Below, one piece after another: positions 1 to 8,971 of a stretch of 64,000 nt of DNA; position 1 is the stretch's first letter; each line of letters begins with the position of its first letter. A model generated the notes under the pieces. That model had not been told where the DNA came from, made no database searches, and saw only the letters and a program-made list of their open reading frames with translations. This stretch comes from an uncultured delta proteobacterium (GTDB lineage: Bacteria; Myxococcota_A; Polyangia; Polyangiales; Houyiibacteriaceae). The translations under genes and the position numbers were made by a program. The DNA lies in NCBI GenBank assembly GCA_963746475.1, contig CAVVBB010000002.1, positions 78,935 to 142,934 on the forward strand, given 5' to 3'.

Positions 1-2517
1 GGCGCCGCAGAGCAGACTTTTTACGCGCAGGCCCTGGAGCCGCACACTCGCGGTGAGGGCGTCGCTCGGGGCCAAGTCGGCGAGCGAAAGCCAGGCTTCG
101 CCCGCTTCCTCCTCCGCCTCGAGGGTGCGATAGGTCTGCAGGTATCGGGTCGCAAAGCTGTGTTCGGCCTCCCCGACTTCAGCCATCGCCATTCGCATTG
201 CATCTTCGTCGAAGACCATCCGATGCTCGAGCGGGATGTGCTCGGACAGTAGCGCGTAAGCCTCGGCCCGCTGGATCTCGAGGCTTCCCTGCTGTGGCAT
301 CGTCAGAAGCGCCAAGGCTGCGCTGAGCGCGGTCTCCTCGTGCGCGAGCGCGCTCTCGTAAAGGGTCGCGGCTTCCTGACTCTGGCCGAGTCCGAGGTCT
401 AAGGCGTCTGCCCGAAGCATCGCGTAGCGGCGCGCCGTTTGCGCGTCGGTGGCCGTGGCGGAGAGGGTCGCGTAGGCCGTAGCGCGCGCGTCGGGCAGAT
501 CGTGTCTTCGTCCTAGCTCGAGCAGGGCCTGTGCGCCGCGTGTGGAGCCGGGCGCGATGCGAATGGCCTCTTCGTACGCGCGCTGTGCGGTGTGCACCTG
601 CGAGGCGCGCTCGGCGACCTCCCCCGCACGGAGCAGCGAGCGCAACATTTGTTCTGGCTCGCTCAGACTGTCCGGACTCGCCTCCGCGAGCGACATCATT
701 TGCTCGAGCTCTCCCGAATCGCGCAGCACGCCGAGTAACATGGCGCTCGCGTAAGCATCCTCGGGTCGAAGCTCGAGGGCCTGGCGCAGAACGCGTTCCG
801 CACCCTCCCAGCTCCGGGCCTGCGCATAGGCGCGGCCCGCGGCGCAAAGATGCGCGAGCGCTCTCGACTCGCTCGCCTTCTCGCAGAGCGCCTCGTGGGC
901 GCGCGCGAGCAGCAGCGGGTCGCTGGAGCTCACCGCCTGTGCGCGCGCCACGAAGGGTGCCCAGTGTTCGGCGGCGCCATCGTTCAGTGCCTCGCTCAGC
1001 TGCGCGCGCGCTTCTGCCGCCAGGCCGAGCTCAGCGGTGAGCGTGTATCTGGAATGAAGGAGTGCGGATTGCTCCGCCTCGTCGAGGTCGAAATCGAGAA
1101 GCGCCTCGCAGAACTCCGCGGCCAGCTCGAAGCGTTTCGTTCGAAGGGCCAGTCCGTAGGCTTCTCGGAGGACCCTCGCCCTCGAAACGTCAGCCGCCTC
1201 GGCCGCGGCTCGGTAGAGCTCGAGGGCTTCGTCCTCAGCCTCTGCGATTTCGCTCAGTGTCTGCGCGGCGCGCCAAAGCAGCCGGGCACGACGCTCCCCG
1301 CGCTGGTTTTGCGCGCGGCCGACCCAGCCGTTCGCTCGCTCGGCGTGGGCGCCAGCCTTGCACAGCGCCACGTCCCAGGCCGCGGCGGCCAGAGCGGAAT
1401 CCGGGTGGCGTGCGGCGAGGGTTCGAAGTGTGGCGGCGGCTCGTTCGGAGCTCTCTGCCGTCAAAGCGCGACGGATTTCCTGGGCAACGAAAAACGGGTC
1501 GTCCGCCGCGAGCTCCCGGAACCAATGCGAGGCTTCCCCTTCGTCGGGGCTCAGACCGGCGCGCTCCTCCCATCGGAGCTGGTCCTGCCTCAGCAGCTGG
1601 TCGTCTGGGAAATACCGGGTCGCGATGCCGAGTGCGTGCACCGCTTCGAGCGGCTTCGCCTCGTGGGCGCCCAGAGCCTGTGCGGCCTCCTGCCAGAGTA
1701 GCGCGGCCAGGCAAAGGCGGTCTTCCGCTGGTGTCGGAACGGCGAGCGGGTCGGGCGGACCATGGGGCTCGTGATCCGCGGCCTCGAGCAGCTTGGCCAG
1801 CTCCGTGGCGGCCCGGATGAAGACTGGCCAGCGCTGCGTCGAGCGAGCCACGCGGACCTGAAGGTTCCGCGCTTGCCAAGTGAGCGCAGGCGATGCGCTG
1901 GCGCTCTCCAGAGACTGGAGCGCCTCGTCCGTGCGCCCGAGGTCCAGCTGGCAAAGCGCCAGGTCCAAGAAGAGTGCGGCCTGCAGCGTCGGCTCGGAGG
2001 CGTCCTTCGCCTGTGCGGTCAGTGCCTCGAGCTGGGCCTCTCGGTCGTCCTGGGCGTCCGCGAGCCACTCGAGAATCAGTGCGGCTGTCGTCGGCCTGGG
2101 GGCCAACGCGATGGACTCGCGAAGCGCGTTTCGGGCGGCTGGCCAGTCGGCCGAGCACAGGGCGACGTCGAGCAGCGCAGCGGCCTCGAGCGCTGCAGAC
2201 TCGGCGCTTTCGGCCTGTTCCGTGCAGAGGATCTCGAGCCCCGGCTTCCCCTTGATTCTCTCGATCAGGCGCGCTTCAGCCAGCCATGCGGGCTGAAAAT
2301 CCGCGCAGCGATCACGGGCGGCCTTGTATTGCGCGACCGCATCTTGCGGACGACCGAGCTGGTGCTCGTAGAGGGAGCCTAGCTCGTAGAGGAGGGCGGC
2401 CTGTTCCTCCGACCCGGTCGTGGCCTCGATCTCAAGCCTTAGAGTCTCGATCCGGAGTTCGATCCGGTCGAGCTTGCGGGCAGCCTCCGACGGGCCTGGC
2501 GGCAGCGTCCCCCTCAT
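1..2517 (-). CDS. Large tetratricopeptide-repeat protein, truncated by the left window edge
   Basis: Not in the ORF track. Hand translation from ATG 2517 gives MRGTLPPGPSEAARKLDRIELRIETLRLEIEATTGSEEQAALLYELGSLYEHQLGRPQDAVAQYKAA, a myxobacterial-type TPR helix pattern. The + strand ORFs 850-1701 and 1762-2382 are its in-register antisense shadows. The whole frame was not checked codon by codon. Confidence 0.75.
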   Translation of the reverse strand, partial: MRGTLPPGPSEAARKLDRIELRIETLRLEIEATTGSEEQAALLYELGSLYEHQLGRPQDAVAQYKAARDRCADFQPAWLAEARLIERIKGKPGLEILCTEQAESAESAALEAAALLDVALCSADWPAARNALRESIALAPRPTTAALILEWLADAQDDREAQLEALTAQAKDASEPTLQAALFLDLALCQLDLGRTDEALQSLESASASPALTWQARNLQVRVARSTQRWPVFIRAATELAKLLEAADHEPHGPPDPLAVPTPAEDRLCLAALLWQEAAQALGAHEAKPLEAVHALGIATRYFPDDQLLRQDQLRWEERAGLSPDEGEASHWFRELAADDPFFVAQEIRRALTAESSERAAATLRTLAARHPDSALAAAAWDVALCKAGAHAERANGWVGRAQNQRGERRARLLWRAAQTLSEIAEAEDEALELYRAAAEAADVSRARVLREAYGLALRTKRFELAAEFCEALLDFDLDEAEQSALLHSRYTLTAELGLAAEARAQLSEALNDGAAEHWAPFVARAQAVSSSDPLLLARAHEALCEKASESRALAHLCAAGRAYAQARSWEGAERVLRQALELRPEDAYASAMLLGVLRDSGELEQMMSLAEASPDSLSEPEQMLRSLLRAGEVAERASQVHTAQRAYEEAIRIAPGSTRGAQALLELGRRHDLPDARATAYATLSATATDAQTARRYAMLRADALDLGLGQSQEAATLYESALAHEETALSAALALLTMPQQGSLEIQRAEAYALLSEHIPLEHRMVFDEDAMRMAMAEVGEAEHSFATRYLQTYRTLEAEEEAGEAWLSLADLAPSDALTASVRLQGLRVKSLLCGA

Positions 2518-2529
2518 TCACCATTGAGA

Positions 2530-3282
2530 TTATCCGACTGTCCATCCGCCGTCGATAACCAAGACTTCTCCGGTGACATACGAAGCCTCGTCCGAGGCGA
2601 GAAATGCGGCCGCGCCGGCGATGTCCTCGGGCTCGCCCACTCGTTTGATTGCCATGCGGTCCAGCACCGCTTTTCGAATTTCGTCCGAATCGACGAGCAG
2701 CTGGGCAAAGCGGGTCCGCACGAGGCCCGGCGCGATGGCGTTGACTCGGATCCCATCGCGCCCGAGCTCCATCGCCAGGGTCTTGGTCATCGAGATGACC
2801 GCAGCTTTGGTCATGGCGTAGACCCCCTGCAGCGGTGCACCGATACGGCCGAGCACGCTGGCGATGTTGACGATGGAACCCGGTGCGCCCCGGTCCCGCA
2901 GGTGGCTGACCAGCAACTTGGTCATCCCGAAATATCCCTTGAGGTTGACCTCGAAGGTCTTGTCCCAGGCCGCCCAGTCGACACTCATCATCGGGCCGAA
3001 GTGCGGGTTCGTTGCCGCGTTGTTGACCAGGATATCGACCTTGCCGAGCTCCGCCAGCGCCCGGTCCATCATGGCCTGCCGCTGCTCCTCGTGTCCAACG
3101 TGACAGGCGATGGGCAGGGCCTGTTCCCCAATCTGTGCAGCGACGCTTTGCAGGCCTTCCATCTTTCGCGAGACGAGGACGACCTTGGCGCCTTCCTGGG
3201 CCATTTGCCTGGCGATGGCGGCTCCTATCCCCCGGCTTGCCCCGGTCACAATGGCCACCTTGTCCTGCAGGCGATTCGTCAC
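2530..3282 (-). CDS. Short-chain dehydrogenase/reductase
   Basis: TGASRGIG, NNAA, YAMTK (YxxxK) and IRVNAIAPG motifs. Confidence 0.95.
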   Translation of the reverse strand: MTNRLQDKVAIVTGASRGIGAAIARQMAQEGAKVVLVSRKMEGLQSVAAQIGEQALPIACHVGHEEQRQAMMDRALAELGKVDILVNNAATNPHFGPMMSVDWAAWDKTFEVNLKGYFGMTKLLVSHLRDRGAPGSIVNIASVLGRIGAPLQGVYAMTKAAVISMTKTLAMELGRDGIRVNAIAPGLVRTRFAQLLVDSDEIRKAVLDRMAIKRVGEPEDIAGAAAFLASDEASYVTGEVLVIDGGWTVG

Positions 3283-3428
3283 GGCCCGGCTCCTTGCCTC
3301 ATGCCAGCGAGCTTACTACGTTCAGCCTCTGTTTGTCCTTGGGATGAGTTTCCTGCGCCACGGCTGTGGGCTCGGCGACGCGGACGTCATCCTTGGTTTG
3401 TCGCACTCATCCGTGGGGCGTCCCCTTC

Positions 3429-4394
3429 ATGCTCGTCTACGCAAGCCTGGCTGCAATCTTCGGTTTCATCGGCGTCGCCTGGGGGGCAGACCGCTTCGTC
3501 TACGGGGCGGCTGCGCTGGCGCGCAACCTTGGCGTGAGCACCTTGGTCATTGGCTTGACCATTGTCGCTATCGGGACTTCCGCTCCGGAGATGCTGGTTT
3601 CCGGTGTCGCGGCTTGGGAGGGGTTCCCGGCGATGGGCATCGGCAACGCGATCGGGTCCAACATCACCAACGTCACGCTGGTGCTCGGTGCCGCGGCCAT
3701 CGCTCGACCCCTCAGGGTGGCGTCCCGTTTGCTGAGACGGGAGCTGCCCATCTTGATGGGCATCATGCTCGGAACCTACTTGTTCCTGGCCAACGGCGTC
3801 TTGGGGCGTGTCGAGGGCATGGTTCTGCTCCTTGGCATGGCTGCCTTGGTTGGCTGGATCGCCTACTTGGGGCTTCATGAACGACCGGACGACCCGGATC
3901 CGCTCACCCTCGGACTGGAAGAGCTCCCGGACGCGGTCCCGAGCGGACGGGCGACTCTGTGGTCCGTGATCGGCCTGCTGACCTTGCTCGTCGGCTCGCG
4001 GATCCTGGTCTGGGGCGCGGAGGAGCTGGCCCTGTCGATCGGCGTGAGTGACCTCGTCATCGGTCTGACCGTCGTCGCGCTCGGCACCAGTCTGCCCGAG
4101 CTGGCCGCGTCGGTGGCCGCGGCCCGCCGCAACGAAGACGACATCGCGATCGGCAACGTCGTGGGCTCGAACATGTTCAACCTGCTCGGTGTGCTGGGCC
4201 TGCCAGGCGTCATTGCTCCGGGGCCGATCGACTCGGGGGTTCTCAGCCGGGATTTCCCAGTGATGTTCGGGGTCACGCTGCTGCTGGTTCTGATGTCGCG
4301 CGGCGACAAGCAGCATCACATCGGCTTGGGCCAGGGGATCGTGCTGCTGGCACTTTACTTCGGCTACACCGCCTTGGTCTTCATCGAGGGCTAG
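3429..4394 (+). CDS. Calcium/sodium antiporter (CaCA, YrbG-like)
   Basis: Two alpha repeats, GTSAPE...GNAIGSN and GTSLPE...GNVVGSN; multiple TM helices. Start placed at ATG 3429. Confidence 0.93.
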   Translation: MLVYASLAAIFGFIGVAWGADRFVYGAAALARNLGVSTLVIGLTIVAIGTSAPEMLVSGVAAWEGFPAMGIGNAIGSNITNVTLVLGAAAIARPLRVASRLLRRELPILMGIMLGTYLFLANGVLGRVEGMVLLLGMAALVGWIAYLGLHERPDDPDPLTLGLEELPDAVPSGRATLWSVIGLLTLLVGSRILVWGAEELALSIGVSDLVIGLTVVALGTSLPELAASVAAARRNEDDIAIGNVVGSNMFNLLGVLGLPGVIAPGPIDSGVLSRDFPVMFGVTLLLVLMSRGDKQHHIGLGQGIVLLALYFGYTALVFIEG

Positions 4395-4497
4395 AGTCGC
4401 TGCATTCGGCAATCTTCGTCGCGATATACTCCGCGTCGACGTCGGAAACCGAACCCATTCAGTTCAGCGCGGCGGCTGCCTGAGCCCTCCGTTGCGA

Positions 4498-6351
4498 TCA
4501 GGTTCCCCAGGTAGCGAAGGCAGCGTGGTCGGTGGGGAGCTGTGAATCGCTCGCAGGAGCTATCGTCGCCCCGTGCTTTGCAGGTTCCTCGGTGAGCTCG
4601 TTCCCGGCCCTGGCGCGAAGGAAGCGGCCGGGCCCCTGGCTCTTCCCTATTTCGGGAAGGACTTCGCCGTTTTCTACGACGAGGATGCCGTTGACCATCA
4701 CCGCCGGCACGGCTTTGGGGTTGCGGCGCACCAGGCGCACGTAGTCGCCGAGCTCGGGAATGGCTTCCTCGTGGATTTCCTCGACATGATAGTCGAGATG
4801 CACCGGGTCGACGACGACCAGGTCCGCGCGCTTTCCCTCTTCGAGCTTTCCGGCGTCGATCTGGAACCAGTCGCCGATCTCGCCCGTCAGTTTCCAGACC
4901 GCCGTCTCGAGCGGCATCACCGGCTCCGCCCGATCTTGGGCGTCCTTGACGAACTTCAGCATGCGCAGCGGGAAGTTGTAGAACGCCATGTTGCGCAGGT
5001 GCGCGCCGGCATCGGAGAAGCCGATCAGGTTCGAGTCGCTGCGCATCAACGCTGCAAGCGGCTTGGGTCGATCGTTGCCCGTCACGGTGTACCAGCGCAG
5101 ATCGTTGCCATACTCGATCAGCAGGTCGAGAAAGGCATCCACCTCGGACTTGCCCTGTGAGACTCCGATTTCGCGAAATGTCTTACCCACCAGAGAGCTA
5201 TCGGGGCAGGCCATCACGGTGGCTTTGGCAAAGTTGCGGTGGAAGACCTTCGGGATGAAGGGGTTGTTCCACTGCCTGTTGAACTTGCGGCGGTAGCTCT
5301 CGTCTCGAAAGAGCTCGCGGCGCTCAGCGAGGGTCTCGAGGTGAAGCGCCGCAGCACCTGCGCCGAACTCTTCGAAGACCACGTTTTCAAAGCCATCGGC
5401 CCACAAGTCGAAGGCGACAGGCAGGAACTGATAACGGAACTTACCCCGAAAAAACTTGTTGATCGCCCATCCAATCCCGCGAAGAGCGCGCCAGATCAGG
5501 CGGTTCGAGCGGAGGTCCATGATCGACACGATGCTGGTCTTGAGTGCATCGCGCACGAACATCCCGGCGCTGAAGGCCGCGTAAATGAAAATCTCGTACT
5601 TGGTCGAGACGTTGGGGATGGCCTGCAGATTGAGCCCGCGCTTGCGCACGCCGCGAACCATCCGCCGAAGCTCTTTCCAGGAGGCATAGGTCGACGGAAG
5701 GCACTTACTGCGGAAGCGGTCGCCTCCCATCTTGTCCCAGTAAAGGCCGTTGACCGAAAGTCCGAGAAAGCCCGCGTCGTAGCCTTCCTCGATGATCTGC
5801 TCCATCTCCTGAAGCTCGGCCTCCGAAGGCTTGAGCTTCGCGTCGAGCGAACGCTCGAGCCCCATCACCTTGGCGCGCACCGCCGAATACCCGACGAACG
5901 ACGAAACATTCGGACCGAGCGGGAGCGCATCGAGGTGCGCCGCGTACTCGGCGTGGGTCTCCCAGGTCTTTCGTTCTTTCATCAGCGGGAGCAGATGCTG
6001 GTAAGGAATCGCTTCCACGCGGGTGAACATGTCGGCGATGTCGGTGGCGTCTCCCACCGCCGCGCTCAGCGAGCAGCTACCCATGAAGATGGTGGTCACG
6101 CCGTGTCGCAGCGACTCGTGCAGCGAAGGAATCGCTTCCAGCTCGGCGTCATAATGCGTGTGGATGTCGATGAAGCCGGGCATCACCCATTTGCCCGCCG
6201 CGTCTATCAGCTTCGCGCCGTCGGGGGCGGCGATTTCAGATTCTGAAATCCGCGCGACGCGCCCCTCATGCACCAGGACGTGCTTCTTCACAGCCGGCGT
6301 TCCTCTGCCATCGAACAAAAGGCCGTTCGTGATCAGCGTGCTCTGACCCAT
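4498..6351 (-). CDS. N-acyl-D-amino-acid deacylase family amidohydrolase
   Basis: MPGFIDIHTHYD, GFSDAGAH and GKRADLVV motifs. Confidence 0.88.
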   Translation of the reverse strand: MGQSTLITNGLLFDGRGTPAVKKHVLVHEGRVARISESEIAAPDGAKLIDAAGKWVMPGFIDIHTHYDAELEAIPSLHESLRHGVTTIFMGSCSLSAAVGDATDIADMFTRVEAIPYQHLLPLMKERKTWETHAEYAAHLDALPLGPNVSSFVGYSAVRAKVMGLERSLDAKLKPSEAELQEMEQIIEEGYDAGFLGLSVNGLYWDKMGGDRFRSKCLPSTYASWKELRRMVRGVRKRGLNLQAIPNVSTKYEIFIYAAFSAGMFVRDALKTSIVSIMDLRSNRLIWRALRGIGWAINKFFRGKFRYQFLPVAFDLWADGFENVVFEEFGAGAAALHLETLAERRELFRDESYRRKFNRQWNNPFIPKVFHRNFAKATVMACPDSSLVGKTFREIGVSQGKSEVDAFLDLLIEYGNDLRWYTVTGNDRPKPLAALMRSDSNLIGFSDAGAHLRNMAFYNFPLRMLKFVKDAQDRAEPVMPLETAVWKLTGEIGDWFQIDAGKLEEGKRADLVVVDPVHLDYHVEEIHEEAIPELGDYVRLVRRNPKAVPAVMVNGILVVENGEVLPEIGKSQGPGRFLRARAGNELTEEPAKHGATIAPASDSQLPTDHAAFATWGT

Positions 6352-6384
6352 TCGCGAATGATGACAGGATGGGCCAAGAGACTC

Positions 6385-6421
6385 TTGACATTAGGCGACA
6401 TTCATTTATCTTTGCGCGACA
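6385..6421 (-). promoter_or_regulatory. Tandem AraC-type activator half-sites upstream of the deacylase
   Basis: Minus strand reads TGTCGCGCAAAGATAA (6421-6406) and TGTCGCCTAATGTCAA (6400-6385): TGTCGC-N8-AA repeated with a 21-bp period, between the divergent deacylase and AraC genes. Confidence 0.65.
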
Positions 6422-6433
6422 GAGGAGTGTACC

Positions 6434-7441
6434 ATGACCATGGTCCGAGCCTCAGGTCTGAGCGGCTATCCGGAGCTGGTTGCGGAGCTGGGCGGTGACC
6501 CTGGCGAGCTTCTCAAGAGGTTTCGGGTCCCGGGAGCGATCATCGGTGATCCGCAAGCCTTCCTGCCGTACGCGTCCTTGATTCGGCTCCTCGAATGGAC
6601 GGCCAAGGAGCTTCAATGCCCCGATTTCGGGCTGCGCCTCTCGACCCGGCAAGACCTCGGCATTCTAGGTCCCCTGGGTGTCGCAGTCCGCAACTGCGAG
6701 AATCTCGGGGAGGCGATGCAGACGGCGTCGCGATACATGTTCGTACACAGTCCCGCCATCGCTTTCACGCCGCAGGCCTCCGAGCGCGACCAGCGCGTGA
6801 GGCTCGTGTTTCGCATCCTGTTGGACCGCGTCGGCAACGCCGCGCAGGTCACCGAGCTCAGTCTCGGCCTCGCGGCGCGCACGGTAGCTCTGCTCGCCAA
6901 CAAAGCCGAAACTCTCGTCGGCATTCGCTTCAGTCACGAGCGCCTCGCAGAGATGGCCGTCTATCGGTCTCATTTCCGGGCGCCCGTCGCGTTCTGCTGC
7001 GAGGAGTCCGCGATCGAGCTCGACCCCAGCGTGCTCTCGCTTCCGATTCACGATGCCAGTCCGCAGCTCCGAGAGCTCGCCGAGGACTACCTTCAGCTCC
7101 ATCATGAAGACCCCGGCACACCGCTCTCGATCCGAGCCCGCCTCGTGATTCAGCGCTCCCTCGGAACCGGCTCCAGCTCCTGCGTCGACGTCGCTTCGGC
7201 GTTCGCCATGCACCCCCGGACCTTGCAGCGTCAGCTCCGCGAGGAGGGCACGACGTTCGAGAAGCTGAAGGACGAAGCCCGTGCCGAGCTGGCGCGTCAA
7301 TATCTAGCCAACCGCCGCCTTCCGATGAGCCAAATCACCGCGCTGCTCGACTACAGTGAGCAGTCCGCACTGAGCCGGAGCTGCCGACGCTGGTTCGATA
7401 GAAGCCCTCGGCAGCTTCGGAACGAGATGTTTCGCCGCTGA
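6434..7441 (+). CDS. AraC family transcriptional regulator (OruR-like)
   Basis: N-terminal CPDFGLRL...LGILGPLG domain; C-terminal double HTH MHPRTLQRQL...LLDYSEQSALSRSCRRWF. Confidence 0.93.
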   Translation: MTMVRASGLSGYPELVAELGGDPGELLKRFRVPGAIIGDPQAFLPYASLIRLLEWTAKELQCPDFGLRLSTRQDLGILGPLGVAVRNCENLGEAMQTASRYMFVHSPAIAFTPQASERDQRVRLVFRILLDRVGNAAQVTELSLGLAARTVALLANKAETLVGIRFSHERLAEMAVYRSHFRAPVAFCCEESAIELDPSVLSLPIHDASPQLRELAEDYLQLHHEDPGTPLSIRARLVIQRSLGTGSSSCVDVASAFAMHPRTLQRQLREEGTTFEKLKDEARAELARQYLANRRLPMSQITALLDYSEQSALSRSCRRWFDRSPRQLRNEMFRR

Positions 7442-7465
7442 GCCGTCCGCTCGGCTCCCTGGGAC

Positions 7466-7506
7466 CCAAAAGAAAGAAGCCCGACCCTCTTCGGGCCGGG
7501 CTTCTT
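7466..7506 (-). terminator. Intrinsic terminator
   Basis: Stem AAGAAGCCCGACCC-tcttc-GGGCCGGGCTTCTT (7474-7506). The one mismatch is G-U on the minus strand, and a TCTTTT tract follows on that strand. Lies between convergent genes. Confidence 0.8.
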
Positions 7507-7534
7507 CTCGGTGTCTCTGGACTTCGTGCGGAGC

Positions 7535-8755
7535 TCAGAGCACGTTCGGGAAGACGGCCGCGCCGCTGACCAGATCGCAGGGATCCGAGGTCGCCGGAGG
7601 CGCGGTGTCGCTCAAGGTCAAGGTGCCGACCAGGGGCACGTTGCTGACGGTCACGACGAAATGAGCCACGCTGAAGGCAAGCTCGGGCGAATTGTTGCTG
7701 GTAATCGTCGTCGTCGGGACGGGGATCGTGATCTGCAGGTCGTTGGCATTGCCATCGCCGTCCGGATCAAGCTCGTAGGTCTCGTTCTCGATCACGACCG
7801 TGATCGGACTCGGTGAGCCGCCGTCGACACCGAGCTCGGCCACGAGCTCAGCAATGGTGAGCGTGTTGGTGCCCAGGCCAAGCAACAGCTGACCGAGGCT
7901 CGCAGGAATGACGGTCTGCGCCTGGACGTCGACCTCGGAGGAAGTACCGACGCTCCACTCGCTCTGCGGATCGACGTTGACCTGGAGGTCGACGACCGCA
8001 GCGCCCAGTCCCAGTGGGAGCTGGCAGTTCACCGTGGCAGCAAAGGTTTCGGCAGCCGGATCGACCGGAGGCTCGACGACGCCGCCGCCGACACCACCCG
8101 TGCCGCCCGGAGGCTCGACGATGCCGCCGCCGACACCACCCGTGCCGCCCGGAGGCTCGACGATGCCGCCGCCGACACCACCCGTGCCGCCAGTGCCAGT
8201 GCCACCCGCGCCACCGGTGCCGTCTTCACAGATACCGGCCGAACACAGGCCGCTCGCACAGTCGGTGTCGACATCGCAAAGCGCACCATCCGGAAGTCCT
8301 TCGATCACCTCGAGGCCTACGTCTAGGGTGCCCGTCTCAAAGGTGACCTCTCCGCCAGGAACGGCGAAAGTCAAGACGAGCGAGCCAACCCCGTTCGCTG
8401 GAACGTCCACCGAGTTCGGGTTGGGCGAGAGCAATACGGCGAGCGCCTCCGGCTCTCCTGTGTCGAGGTTGACGAGCGTGAACCCGTCGGCGAGCAGGAC
8501 GTCATAGAGTCCCGCGTTGACCAAGCGAGCGAAGCCGTCGTCGGCTGGGTCGAGACTCGCAACGAACGACTCGGGACCACTGACGATGAGCTCGCCCACC
8601 AGTCCGTAAGTCACTCCGCTCGGCCCGGTCGCGCTGAGCGCGAGGCTCAGCTGGCCGGTCTGCGACGAGCCTTCGGTCTGGCTGCTGCAGCCGAACAATG
8701 CGGCAGTGCTCGCAAGCAAGACCGCGACAAACCATGGGGTCTGTTTGTATTTCAT
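7535..8755 (-). CDS. Hypothetical acidic lipoprotein with Cys motif and Gly/Pro linker
   Basis: Lipobox ALFGC; CDVDTDCASGLCSAGIC motif; 3x GGTGGVGGG(I/V)VEPP; followed by a terminator. Confidence 0.8.
   Translation of the reverse strand: MKYKQTPWFVAVLLASTAALFGCSSQTEGSSQTGQLSLALSATGPSGVTYGLVGELIVSGPESFVASLDPADDGFARLVNAGLYDVLLADGFTLVNLDTGEPEALAVLLSPNPNSVDVPANGVGSLVLTFAVPGGEVTFETGTLDVGLEVIEGLPDGALCDVDTDCASGLCSAGICEDGTGGAGGTGTGGTGGVGGGIVEPPGGTGGVGGGIVEPPGGTGGVGGGVVEPPVDPAAETFAATVNCQLPLGLGAAVVDLQVNVDPQSEWSVGTSSEVDVQAQTVIPASLGQLLLGLGTNTLTIAELVAELGVDGGSPSPITVVIENETYELDPDGDGNANDLQITIPVPTTTITSNNSPELAFSVAHFVVTVSNVPLVGTLTLSDTAPPATSDPCDLVSGAAVFPNVL
8066..8191. repeat. 42-bp tandem repeat, 3 copies (coding)
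   Basis: CGGAGGCTCGACGA(C/T)GCCGCCGCCGACACCACCCGTGCCGCC x3. Confidence 0.95.
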
Positions 8756-8971
8756 TCCAAGAATCCTCACTCGTTGTAAGTCAGTGACCCGACGCAGAGG
8801 TCGAGTCAGAAGAAGGAAGCAGTAGCCAGCTTTTTTAGTTCATCCACTGGACAAGTCCACTCATCTGGCCGTTTTCGGTGTGGATCTCTGGCTGCATGAG
8901 TGAGCGTGTGGGTGCGGGAAGTCTTCCGAGGTGAATGTGCTTCGCGCCGTCCCACAGCGTGCGCCAACGAC

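Noticed and set aside
118-2238. CTCGAG palindrome occurs 12 times in 2.2 kb, suggesting a highly iterated palindrome or methylation target
   Set aside because: All 12 copies are in frame as CTC-GAG (Leu-Glu) in the helical TPR gene, so codon and dipeptide usage explain them.
850-2382. Long + strand ORFs (850-1701, 1762-2382) and many similar long antisense ORFs across the window
   Set aside because: They are in-register antisense shadows of real genes in high-GC DNA and have no family motifs.
4451-4465. GAAC-N7-GTTC, resembling a LexA-type site
   Set aside because: It lies between two convergent gene ends, so there is no promoter to control.
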